Below are positions 1-7,476 of a DNA stretch of 42,077 nucleotides, piece by piece. Source of the stretch: a virus (Duplodnaviria; Caudoviricetes). The position numbers were made by a program, and so were the translations under genes. Every line of letters begins with the position of its first letter. Positions within the stretch are counted from its first letter, which is position 1. The stretch spans positions 1 through 42,077 of IMG/VR virus record IMGVR_UViG_3300044899_000016. One strand, 5' to 3'. The notes under the pieces were generated by a model. The model ran no database searches, had not been told where the DNA came from, and was given only the letters and a program-made list of their open reading frames with translations.

Positions 1-1644
1 CAAATCGCGGCGCTCAAATATGTGAGCGACTTAGGCGCGAGACTTCACGCTGATAATCCTTATGTCAAACTTTTTGAGAATGCGGAAACTCTTGCCGACA
101 GATTGCGAGAGAAGTTTAAGCTTCTTGGCAGCGACATAATCAAGCAGATAACAAGCGCAGAGCAAAAGGCTATCGAGCTTGACACTTACAGCCAGCATTT
201 GAAGACAAGTCTTTCTGCTGTTCAATTAGAGTTTCAAGCCGACTCTTTACAAAAAGGTTTAGTCGGTGTTTCCGCCGAACAGCAACGGCAGCTTGACGTT
301 CTACAAAAAAGATTTGAAGCGGCAACTCAAGCACCCGCATTGAAGCGCGAAGCCGAAGCCTACAGGAGCGGTTTTCTTCCTCAGAATCCCTATGCCGTCA
401 GGCAAGACGAGATTCGAGACTATGAGAGCGTCAAGCGGCTGCGCCCGGCGGGGAATGATGAAGCCGCGCGCACGGCAGCAAAGTTAATTGATGATTACAT
501 TCTTGAGCGCACAAAGAATCTTCCGGTTAGTGCGCGCTTCTCACCTGATGCTTTCACGCGCGAGCTAGGCCAAGACCGCGCCGCCGCTTTAGACGCCTCT
601 GCCAAACGATTGCAGGCGCAGATTCAAGATGAAATCAAGCGCGCGGAGGCCGGGCGCGCAGGCGTTCAATTAGCTACGCGCGAGTTGCAAGAGTTGGCGA
701 AGCATCCAGCCGGAAGCGGGCAAGAGCGTGACGTGCTTCGCGCAGAGTTTTTGAAAGTCACGGATAAATTAAATCCATCTGAACTGAGCGGCGCTCTTAG
801 GCAGGGCGTTATCTTAGCCTCACACGAAGAAGCGCAGCATCAACGCCAACTTGAGAAAGAGGCTCAAGACTTCCGCAAAGAATTAGTTGGTAGCGGCGGC
901 ATTCTTCATCAGATCAAAGCTGCCATTGAAGGCAAGACGACAGGCAAGCCGTCTCTCACAGAGCTATCTAAATCTATACCCGGTTTATCAAGCTTTGCAG
1001 CAACCGAAAGTGGAGACGTGGTAAATATTTCTTCAAAGCCTGCTTTTAACTCGAAAGAAGCGTATGAAGCTGCACACGCTTCCGCAGTTGATAAGCAGCA
1101 ACGCGAAGCGGCGACCAACTATTTTACTAATTCATCTGCGCGCGGCTACGACCCGAAAGTTAATCAAATATCGCTTTTTGATACGGGCGCACTTTCGGAG
1201 CAAGACGAAAATCTTAATGCCTTCATGCGCGCGAAAGCAGAGGGCAGAATCTTTGGCGACCCACTTGCGCTCTTTACCTCTGGCTTGCCGCGTGGGAAGA
1301 ATGAAGTCAATAAATACTCGCAAGCATTTTTCCGCGCGCGTCCCGGTTACTCGCCTGCGAATGACCCGCGCTCTTTCGATGCAGCAAATCCATATCAGCA
1401 AGCGTTCTTACATGCGGGTTATCTTGATTCGCTCCGCAGTTCTGCTTACACGAAACACGAAGACCCTTTGACTAAGGTTACTGATTTCGTAGATGTGTTG
1501 AAGTCTCTGATAACCGATAAGGGTTTGAAAGTTAATGCGGGCGCGGCTGCTCAAATCAATATCAATCCAAAATCGGGCGCGTCAGTTTCGACGTTAGGAC
1601 CGGCCATGTCGCCTGACGCGCCTTTGCCCGGCTATAGAGAGTGA
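1..1644 (+). CDS. Tape measure protein paralog, C-terminal part (5' end outside window)
   Basis: Frame is open from base 1 (QIAALKYVSD...). Shares motifs with TMP 12604-15342: DNPYV, AKAEGRIFGDP vs AKDAGKFIGDP, and C-terminus LKVNAGAAAQINI...STLGPAMSPD...PGYRE vs LQVNAGAAAQINI...STLGPAMTPD...PGFRE. Confidence 0.75.
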   Translation, partial: QIAALKYVSDLGARLHADNPYVKLFENAETLADRLREKFKLLGSDIIKQITSAEQKAIELDTYSQHLKTSLSAVQLEFQADSLQKGLVGVSAEQQRQLDVLQKRFEAATQAPALKREAEAYRSGFLPQNPYAVRQDEIRDYESVKRLRPAGNDEAARTAAKLIDDYILERTKNLPVSARFSPDAFTRELGQDRAAALDASAKRLQAQIQDEIKRAEAGRAGVQLATRELQELAKHPAGSGQERDVLRAEFLKVTDKLNPSELSGALRQGVILASHEEAQHQRQLEKEAQDFRKELVGSGGILHQIKAAIEGKTTGKPSLTELSKSIPGLSSFAATESGDVVNISSKPAFNSKEAYEAAHASAVDKQQREAATNYFTNSSARGYDPKVNQISLFDTGALSEQDENLNAFMRAKAEGRIFGDPLALFTSGLPRGKNEVNKYSQAFFRARPGYSPANDPRSFDAANPYQQAFLHAGYLDSLRSSAYTKHEDPLTKVTDFVDVLKSLITDKGLKVNAGAAAQININPKSGASVSTLGPAMSPDAPLPGYRE

Positions 1645-1713
1645 TCGCCGCTCATCATAAATAGCGAGCGGTCAATAGTCTTAATCCAACCAATGAGAAA
1701 GAGAAGATAAGGA

Positions 1714-2145
1714 ATGCCATACACTAAAGAAAAATCATCGTCAGTAATAGAAGTTGAAGTTATCAACCCGCAATTCAAAGACGAGAAGTTTATTTTTTAT
1801 CTCTCAAAAAATCTCTCCAAAGAAGCGCGCGAGGCTCATGCCGCATATTTTGGACTTCAAAGAGACGAGAGGGAAGATATAGAGCGAGCGCAGTTAATAA
1901 ATGCTATCTGTGAATCAATGGTTAAAGAGCCATCAAACTTTGCTGACTTTCCCATTGACGAGCGACCATTGGCAGAGCGGGCGCGCGAGTATTTTGATGA
2001 TGCCGAAAGACAAGAATTAGACCGCATTTTATTCTCTGTGTGGAGGGTCTATATGTCTGCGCTCTTGCCGCAGGCATATCTCAAAAGCCTTCAAGATAAT
2101 GACGCGGGAAGTAGTCAACTATCGGCAGCAACTAGCGAAGCTTAG
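1714..2145 (+). CDS. Tail assembly chaperone (G-like), second copy
   Basis: Clear paralog of 11164-11601 (FADFPIDERPLAERAREYFDDAE vs FDDFPIDERPLPERMREYFDDAE). Confidence 0.7.
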   Translation: MPYTKEKSSSVIEVEVINPQFKDEKFIFYLSKNLSKEAREAHAAYFGLQRDEREDIERAQLINAICESMVKEPSNFADFPIDERPLAERAREYFDDAERQELDRILFSVWRVYMSALLPQAYLKSLQDNDAGSSQLSAATSEA

Positions 2146-2497
2146 TCCCGGCTTCGATGATTGCCCCGCGCCTTGCCAGCGCACTATTGAAAGCGAGACG
2201 CCGGATTATTTAACCGACTTCTGCGAGACGTGCGATGTCAGATTTCAATGGGGCTTTTTCAAGCAATCGTTTGAATATGAAATCAATCGCGCGTTCCCTG
2301 ATGGCTGCGCTTGGGACTTTGATCTACTCTTTGCAGATGTCTCGTATGTAATGAGTGAAAACCAGCAAAAGCCGCGTGGCTATCCGCGCAACTGTGATGT
2401 TAAATTGGCGCGGTGTTTAGACATTGTAAGGGTTGAAGAATTTAGGCCGCGCCGGATTCATTATTGGGAGTTGCAGCAAAAGAAACCAAATGGCTGA
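2099..2497 (+). CDS. Tail assembly chaperone extension (T-like, Cys-rich), second copy
   Basis: Paralog of 11549-11956 (CETCDVRFQ, FPDGCAW, GYPR). Overlaps the upstream ORF in the +1 frame. Confidence 0.65.
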   Translation: MTREVVNYRQQLAKLSPGFDDCPAPCQRTIESETPDYLTDFCETCDVRFQWGFFKQSFEYEINRAFPDGCAWDFDLLFADVSYVMSENQQKPRGYPRNCDVKLARCLDIVRVEEFRPRRIHYWELQQKKPNG

Positions 2498-2687
2498 GCA
2501 GGAATGTACACAAGACTTTGAACTCTCTTGCGCTCATTGCGAGAGCGTTCTTTTGATTCTGCGGGCTGCGCGCCTCACAAAACCAATCACTTTGAAATGC
2601 GCCAACTGTTTGAGGCTCACAGTTTGGCGTCCGCCCGTCAATCTTCTTAAATCTGAGAACGCCAATCTGCATCACCGACAAGCTTAA
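2490..2687 (+). CDS. Small zinc-ribbon protein, Mu Com-like
   Basis: ATG at 2490 overlaps the upstream gene end. About 65 aa with CAHC...CANC and xxCxxCxxxLL spacing typical of Com-family zinc ribbons. Confidence 0.5.
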   Translation: MAEQECTQDFELSCAHCESVLLILRAARLTKPITLKCANCLRLTVWRPPVNLLKSENANLHHRQA

Positions 2688-2695
2688 GAAATCCC

Positions 2696-3100
2696 CAGCG
2701 TCAGGAAACCTTAAGAGCCTATCGCACAGCCACGCTCGAAAACTATAAAGCGGCTGGCGTCGTTAATCGCTGGCGCTGGCTTTCCGCACAAGACACGCGC
2801 ACCTGTGCCCTCTGTCTTCTGATGGATGGCAAAGAATTCCCGCTCGCCGTCAATCTCAATTCACACGTCGGATGCAGATGTTCGATGATACCGGTCTCAT
2901 CAAATACTCCGATACGCCCGACGGGAATCGAACGCTTTGAAGAGTTAGAGCCGGGCGTGCAGCGTGAGCTATTAGGCGCAGCTAAATATGAAGCGTGGAA
3001 AAAAGGCAAATTCAAGTTGGAAGATTTGATAGGCGTGCGCCTTGATCCGCAATGGGGAACTACCCGCTTTATTCGCAGCCTCAAAGATTTGCTCACATGA
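2696..3100 (+). pseudogene. Headless 3' half of Mu gpF/SPP1 gp7-like minor head protein (variant A, intact Cys motifs)
   Basis: Reads QRQETLRAYRTATLENYKAAGVVNRWRWLSAQDTRTCALCLLMDGKEF...SHVGCRCSMIP...; D-x-R-T-C-x-x-C and H-x-x-CRC are gpF-family motifs. In-frame TGA at 2654 and no start codon between it and 2696. Confidence 0.8.
2699..2715 (+). repeat. 17-bp direct repeat CGTCAGGAAACCTTAAG, copy 1 (candidate crossover core)
   Basis: Identical to 41285-41301. 2695-2730 vs 41281-41316 match at 31/36, with only synonymous differences. Confidence 0.9.
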
Positions 3101-3318
3101 TCACTACTCGCCACTTCTAGCGATACTCGACCAAATGTGACTCGTCGACGACGCCGCACATCGAGCAGTCACAGTAAACGTGACAGCCCGGGCGAACTAC
3201 TCACCGGCCATTTCACACTTCGCGCGCCGTGACTGAGCTCTGAATCTTGAGCGCTGCGCCGTCACACCTGCAGCATCGCCAGAATTGAAGGTGATCGAGC
3301 CACGCTCAAATTGGCGAT
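3093..3318 (+). repeat. Composite palindromic element copy 1 (motif A, three motif B units, two motif A)
   Basis: 3093-3129 and 3229-3304 are inverted copies of 20673-20709 and 20497-20572. Motif B at 3137 (N26), 3180, 3229; motif A at 3107, 3275, 3301. Confidence 0.9.
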
Positions 3319-3328
3319 GCGAGCAGCT

Positions 3329-3343
3329 TTCGTAAAAATAGAC
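3329..3343 (+). promoter_or_regulatory. Conserved upstream motif TTCGTAAAAATAGAC, candidate late-promoter/activator site
   Basis: Identical 15-mer at 36808-36822. Both copies precede late operons (scaffold/capsid and packaging). Confidence 0.55.
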
Positions 3344-3425
3344 CCTTCATCTCCCTTAAATTCTCAATTGTGATGAGCCGCATGCGCTCAAATTTAATTT
3401 TTCAATTGAAAAGGAATTTAAGAAA

Positions 3426-3971
3426 ATGGACGGAGACGAAAACACAAACAACACACCGAACAACGATACACCGGCACCGCCCGCCACAAATGGCGATGCT
3501 CCAGCGAATGATGCGCCGCCGGTAACACCGCCTGTAGTCGAGCCGCCAGCCGCGCCAGTTGTGCCGGATGGCTACGTCAAAGCTGAAGACGTTGAAACTG
3601 AGCGCACGGCTCGCACAGCAGCCGAAACAGCGCGCACGGAAGCTGAGACGCGCGCAACACAAGCCGAAGCTCGCGCTCGCGCCGCAGAGATAAAGGCAGT
3701 CGCGCAAACTTTAGGCTTTAACGATCCGAGCGATGCTGAGAAATTCGTTGCGGCTGATGTGACAGACATCGAAGGCGCGTTAGCGTCGGTGATTGAATCG
3801 AAGCCTTATTTGAAGAAAGCTTCTGAAGCTGTCACGCCGCCTGTTACGCCGACGAATCCGACGAATCCCGCACGGCCTGAAGCGCTCACGCTTGATTCAA
3901 TCAAGACTATGACGCCCGCGCAGATTAACGCGCGCTGGAGCGATGTCAAACAGGCGCTCGCCCGAAAATAG
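3426..3971 (+). CDS. Capsid scaffolding protein
   Basis: Acidic Pro-rich N-terminus, coiled coil, xxPYL motif. Lies directly upstream of the major capsid gene. Confidence 0.75.
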   Translation: MDGDENTNNTPNNDTPAPPATNGDAPANDAPPVTPPVVEPPAAPVVPDGYVKAEDVETERTARTAAETARTEAETRATQAEARARAAEIKAVAQTLGFNDPSDAEKFVAADVTDIEGALASVIESKPYLKKASEAVTPPVTPTNPTNPARPEALTLDSIKTMTPAQINARWSDVKQALARK

Positions 3972-3997
3972 CTCAATAGACCACAGGGCAAATCAAC

Positions 3998-4052
3998 AAG
4001 CAGTGTTACCGAAAGTTACAGTTTCAAGCTGTAACTTTCGGTAACACTGCTT
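3998..4052. repeat. Perfect 24-bp inverted repeat with 7-nt loop
   Basis: AAGCAGTGTTACCGAAAGTTACAG-tttcaag-CTGTAACTTTCGGTAACACTGCTT, between scaffold and capsid genes. Confidence 0.95.
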
Positions 4053-4128
4053 TATAGTGTGCCCCGAACGAAACGCGGCTCAACATCATGTACCGCCAAT
4101 AACCTTCCCTTAAATAAAGGAGCATCGC

Positions 4129-4980
4129 ATGTCAGTTGCAACCTTCATCAATACAGTTTGGGCGGCGGCTCTGCTCGCTGGCCTTCACAAAAATCTCGTC
4201 TTCGCGCAATCCGGCATAGTCAACATGGACTATGAAGGCGACATCACGAAACAGGGTGATCGCGTGAAGATAAACTTTATCGGCGACATCACTGTCTTCG
4301 ATGTCACGCGAAATGCCGACATCCCCGACCCGGAAGAACTCGACACAGCCGCAACCTATCTCGACATTGACCAGGCGAAAGGATTCAACTTCGCGGTTGA
4401 TGACGTGGACAAGGTTCAGGCGCGCGGTGATTTGATTGAAACCGCGATGGGCGAAGCCTCTTACGGCGTGCGCGACAAGGCGGACCAATTCATCGCAGGG
4501 CTTTACACGGATGCGGCGGCGGCGAACCTGATTGGCTCTGACGCCAGCCCGATCACGCCGACGGCAGACACCATGTATGACTACCTGGTTGATTTGAGCG
4601 TCAAGCTTGATGAGGCAAGCGTGCCATCAGGCGGACGCTGGTGCGTGTTGCCACCGTGGTCGCACGGCTTTCTTTTGAAGGACAAGCGTTTTGTGGCGAC
4701 AGGCACTGCCGCTGGTGACGTGACGCGCGCTAACGGCGAAGTCGGCGAAGCGGCTGGTTTTCGCATCCTGAAGTCGAACAACATTCGCAACACGAATTCC
4801 ACGCTCTACAAAATCATGGCCGGATACCCGGGCGCAATCTCCTACGCAGACCAGATTCTTTCGGTTGAAGCTTTCCGCATGGAAAAGAGATTTTCAGATG
4901 CGGTCAAGGGACTTCATGTGTACGGCGCGAAGACCGTCAGGCCGCAGGGTCTGGCTGTCTTGACGGCGAACAAGTCATAA
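4129..4980 (+). CDS. Major capsid protein (HK97 fold, P22 coat-like family)
   Basis: DYEGDI...GDRVKI, LDIDQAKGFNFAVDDVDKVQ, DAVKGLHVYGAKTVRP are typical of this MCP family. AAGGAG RBS present. Confidence 0.9.
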   Translation: MSVATFINTVWAAALLAGLHKNLVFAQSGIVNMDYEGDITKQGDRVKINFIGDITVFDVTRNADIPDPEELDTAATYLDIDQAKGFNFAVDDVDKVQARGDLIETAMGEASYGVRDKADQFIAGLYTDAAAANLIGSDASPITPTADTMYDYLVDLSVKLDEASVPSGGRWCVLPPWSHGFLLKDKRFVATGTAAGDVTRANGEVGEAAGFRILKSNNIRNTNSTLYKIMAGYPGAISYADQILSVEAFRMEKRFSDAVKGLHVYGAKTVRPQGLAVLTANKS

Positions 4981-4993
4981 GGCTTCAGCTCAC

Positions 4994-5057
4994 ACCGCCT
5001 TCTTTAGCGATGGCGCGAGTAACCCGGAAGCATCGCACTTTATAGCGATGCCCGATC
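4994..5057. repeat. Pair of motif A boxes after the capsid gene
   Basis: ACCGC-N8-GCGAT at 4994-5011 and perfect ATCGC-actttata-GCGAT at 5032-5049, followed 4 bp later by GATC (5054). Confidence 0.8.
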
Positions 5058-5085
5058 CCAATCTTTTGCGATAGGAGATTTCAAA

Positions 5086-5478
5086 ATGGCAAACCCTGCT
5101 GCTTTAACACTGACCGCTCTTACGAAGAATTCTTCCGTGACGCAGCCCGCCGCGAACGCGATTGATACGACCGGCACTGTGCCTCTTCCTTCAACCTCAG
5201 AAACTGAGCGCGTGATTCTTGAGGTCATCAATCTCGCTTCTGTCGCTCTGACTGTCAAAGTATTGGCTGGCGACGAAGGCGCAGGCGCGATTCGTCAGGG
5301 ACTTGGCGACCTTTCAGTGAGTCTTGCCGCGACCGGAAGCTCCGGCGATAAGAAGCTGGTCGGGCCGTTTGAGTCCGCGCGCTTCATTCAAGCTGGCGGC
5401 AAAATCAACGTCTCGTTTACTCCGGCTTCAGGTTCGCCGAACGCGACCGTGCGCGCGTACAAGCTGTCGAAGTCGTAA
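5086..5478 (+). CDS. Putative capsid decoration/cement protein
   Basis: 130 aa, beta-rich, GPFESARF motif. Directly after MCP with GGAG RBS. Confidence 0.55.
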   Translation: MANPAALTLTALTKNSSVTQPAANAIDTTGTVPLPSTSETERVILEVINLASVALTVKVLAGDEGAGAIRQGLGDLSVSLAATGSSGDKKLVGPFESARFIQAGGKINVSFTPASGSPNATVRAYKLSKS

Positions 5479-5481
5479 AAA

Positions 5482-5556
5482 CAGTGACGAGTTAAGAGTG
5501 ACGAGTGACGAGCAAAAGTCTCTAACTTGTCACTCGTCACTTGTCACTCGTCACTG
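5482..5556. repeat. Heptamer-repeat hairpin (AGTGACG)n ... (CGTCACT)n
   Basis: About four heptamer units followed by four complementary units, intergenic. Confidence 0.85.
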
Positions 5557-5559
5557 CTT

Positions 5560-5901
5560 ATGTGGTTTTTGAACAAGCGGACAGGGGTGCGCTGGGACGT
5601 TGACCCTGTGACGGCAAAGCGCCTGACTGCTTCTCCTGATGTTTACGAGCCTTGCGAACCGCCGCGAGGCGAAGATGAGTCCCTCGGCGGTTCGGTGCTC
5701 CGTAAGGAGAAGGGCGCGGGGGACATGCCGCGCGCCCTTCCGCCGGGGGCCGAGCGCCTGACAAACCCGCAACCCTTAACCGACTCTTCATCGAACACCG
5801 ACGATGCGAGTGATAGCACGAACAGAACTGACCAGCCCGATTCTGCAACCGGGCAACCTCAAAAGCGGAGTAGAAAGAATAGTCGCGCAAACCGCGACTG
5901 A
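5560..5901 (+). CDS. Hypothetical head-associated protein
   Basis: ATG at 5560 after the hairpin (MWFLNKRTG...). Low-complexity C-terminus; position in head module. Confidence 0.5.
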   Translation: MWFLNKRTGVRWDVDPVTAKRLTASPDVYEPCEPPRGEDESLGGSVLRKEKGAGDMPRALPPGAERLTNPQPLTDSSSNTDDASDSTNRTDQPDSATGQPQKRSRKNSRANRD

Positions 5902-6289
5902 CTACGAGCGCGAGGTTAAAGAGCAGATGCGTGCGCCCAAACATGGGCGCACCTATCGCCGTTCGCGCATCACACGCGCGGCCTCTTCCTCTCTCCCTAA
6001 CGGACTTCGCACACGCACAACTGAGAAAGGAAATCGGCGCGCCATCGTCGGCTATAAGCTGCATCGCGCGAGCGCGCCCGGCGAAGCTCCTGCCGTTGAT
6101 AAAGGGTTGCTTATCAATTCCATTCAAGCCAAACCTGACGGATTGATAGCAAGGGTTTTCGTCGGCGAGCCATACGGCGCGATTCTCGAATATAGACGAG
6201 ATCGTCCCGTGTTCGAGCCGACGCTTGAAAGGATGCGACCCGGATTCATCGCCGCAATCAACGAGGAAGTGAGCGGGCAATGTCAGTAA
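5804..6289 (+). CDS. HK97 gp10-like neck/tail completion protein
   Basis: HRASAPGEAPAVDKGLLINSI, YGAILEY...RPVFEP motifs. Confidence 0.7.
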   Translation: MRVIARTELTSPILQPGNLKSGVERIVAQTATDYEREVKEQMRAPKHGRTYRRSRITRAASSSLPNGLRTRTTEKGNRRAIVGYKLHRASAPGEAPAVDKGLLINSIQAKPDGLIARVFVGEPYGAILEYRRDRPVFEPTLERMRPGFIAAINEEVSGQCQ

Positions 6290-6945
6290 CTAATCTTTAC
6301 GCCAGTGTTGACCAATTGGCCGCGCGCGTGCCGACGCAATTCCGCGCGACCGCAGATGATCGCACAGACGAGCAAACGACTGCGGCTGAAAACTTGCTCG
6401 AAGCCATCTCGCGCGCCATTGATTCCGTGACCAGGCGCGAAGCGGGCGCGTTCTCTCCGGCGGCGACTACTCCGAGCGCGAAAGTAATTTACGGAAACGG
6501 CAAAGCCTGCTTAGACGTTCCGGCGCACATTCCGACAACAGTTAATCCGACAATCACAACAATTTCTGGCGTGACGCCGCCAAAATTTGCAGAGTATAGG
6601 GGGATGCTCTGCATTACGGATGATTCGGGCGTGCTTCTCAGGCATGAAGTCTGGCGTGAGGGCGTGCCCTTTACGATTACCGCGCGCTGGGGCTATCAAG
6701 TCACGCCCGCCGACATCAGAGAAGCTTGTCTTGTTTGGGCGGCACAGCGCGCTCGCATGAACTCGGGCGACATGGCCGGGATGGTAACGCAGATCACGAG
6801 AGACGGCGCGACCATCCAGCGAGACGATATTCCGCCTGTTGTGCGCGACTTGCTCAAGACTTTTATCTTGCCCGAAACGGAAGATGACCATTCGGGAAGA
6901 GTCGAATTCGGGACGGTTAGAAACTCGGATTTTTACAATTGGTAA
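6280..6945 (+). CDS. Head-tail adaptor protein
   Basis: YASVDQL, ISRAIDSVT, WGYQVTPADIREAC motifs typical of gp6/gp15-like adaptors. Confidence 0.7.
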   Translation: MSVTNLYASVDQLAARVPTQFRATADDRTDEQTTAAENLLEAISRAIDSVTRREAGAFSPAATTPSAKVIYGNGKACLDVPAHIPTTVNPTITTISGVTPPKFAEYRGMLCITDDSGVLLRHEVWREGVPFTITARWGYQVTPADIREACLVWAAQRARMNSGDMAGMVTQITRDGATIQRDDIPPVVRDLLKTFILPETEDDHSGRVEFGTVRNSDFYNW

Positions 6946-6948
6946 GTT

Positions 6949-7467
6949 ATGCCAACTGCTTTGCCTTCAGACCAAGTAGCTTTAGAGCTTGCCATTCGTA
7001 GCGCAATCGTCGCGGAGCTTCAAGCTATAGACGCTTCAGATGATGTCAGGGCAAGGGTTTGGCCGCGCGGGTTTTTCATAGAGAGTGAAAAAGATTGGCT
7101 TAGCTTTGCGGCGACGAAGCGCGACAAAGTTTTTGAGACGCGCGCTGTGTTCGTCACGTTTGCAGGCTTTACAGAGAAAGACGAGGGCGCTTGCACGCAT
7201 TCGCAACTGACGCTCTCTTACGATCTGGACGTGCTATTTGCGCTCGTGAATGAGCGGCGTGACGGCTCGAATTCGCATGATGATTTCGTAGGCTATCTGA
7301 TGAAGGCGCGCGCGCGCTTTCTAGCGAACCGCTCTTTCGGTTACTCGCCGGGCACAGTTGAAAGCGGACTCCTGCAAACCAAAATAGAGGCAGGGGTAGA
7401 TGAGAATTTCGCAGGCGGCACAGTTCACCGCACAAACTTGAGTCTTGATGTGGTCATAGACCTTTAA
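6949..7467 (+). CDS. Putative tail terminator protein
   Basis: 172 aa, between adaptor and tail tube, IRSAIVAEL N-terminal helix. Call is mainly positional. Confidence 0.5.
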   Translation: MPTALPSDQVALELAIRSAIVAELQAIDASDDVRARVWPRGFFIESEKDWLSFAATKRDKVFETRAVFVTFAGFTEKDEGACTHSQLTLSYDLDVLFALVNERRDGSNSHDDFVGYLMKARARFLANRSFGYSPGTVESGLLQTKIEAGVDENFAGGTVHRTNLSLDVVIDL

Positions 7468-7476
7468 GGAGAAAAG

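Noticed and set aside
1-2497. Diversity-generating retroelement explaining the paralogous segments
   Set aside because: No reverse transcriptase in the window, and the differences between copies are not adenine-specific.
5558-6280. Long antisense ORFs such as 5558-6280, 35200-35748 and 40019-40564
   Set aside because: Shadow ORFs over well-supported plus-strand genes, with no recognisable motifs.
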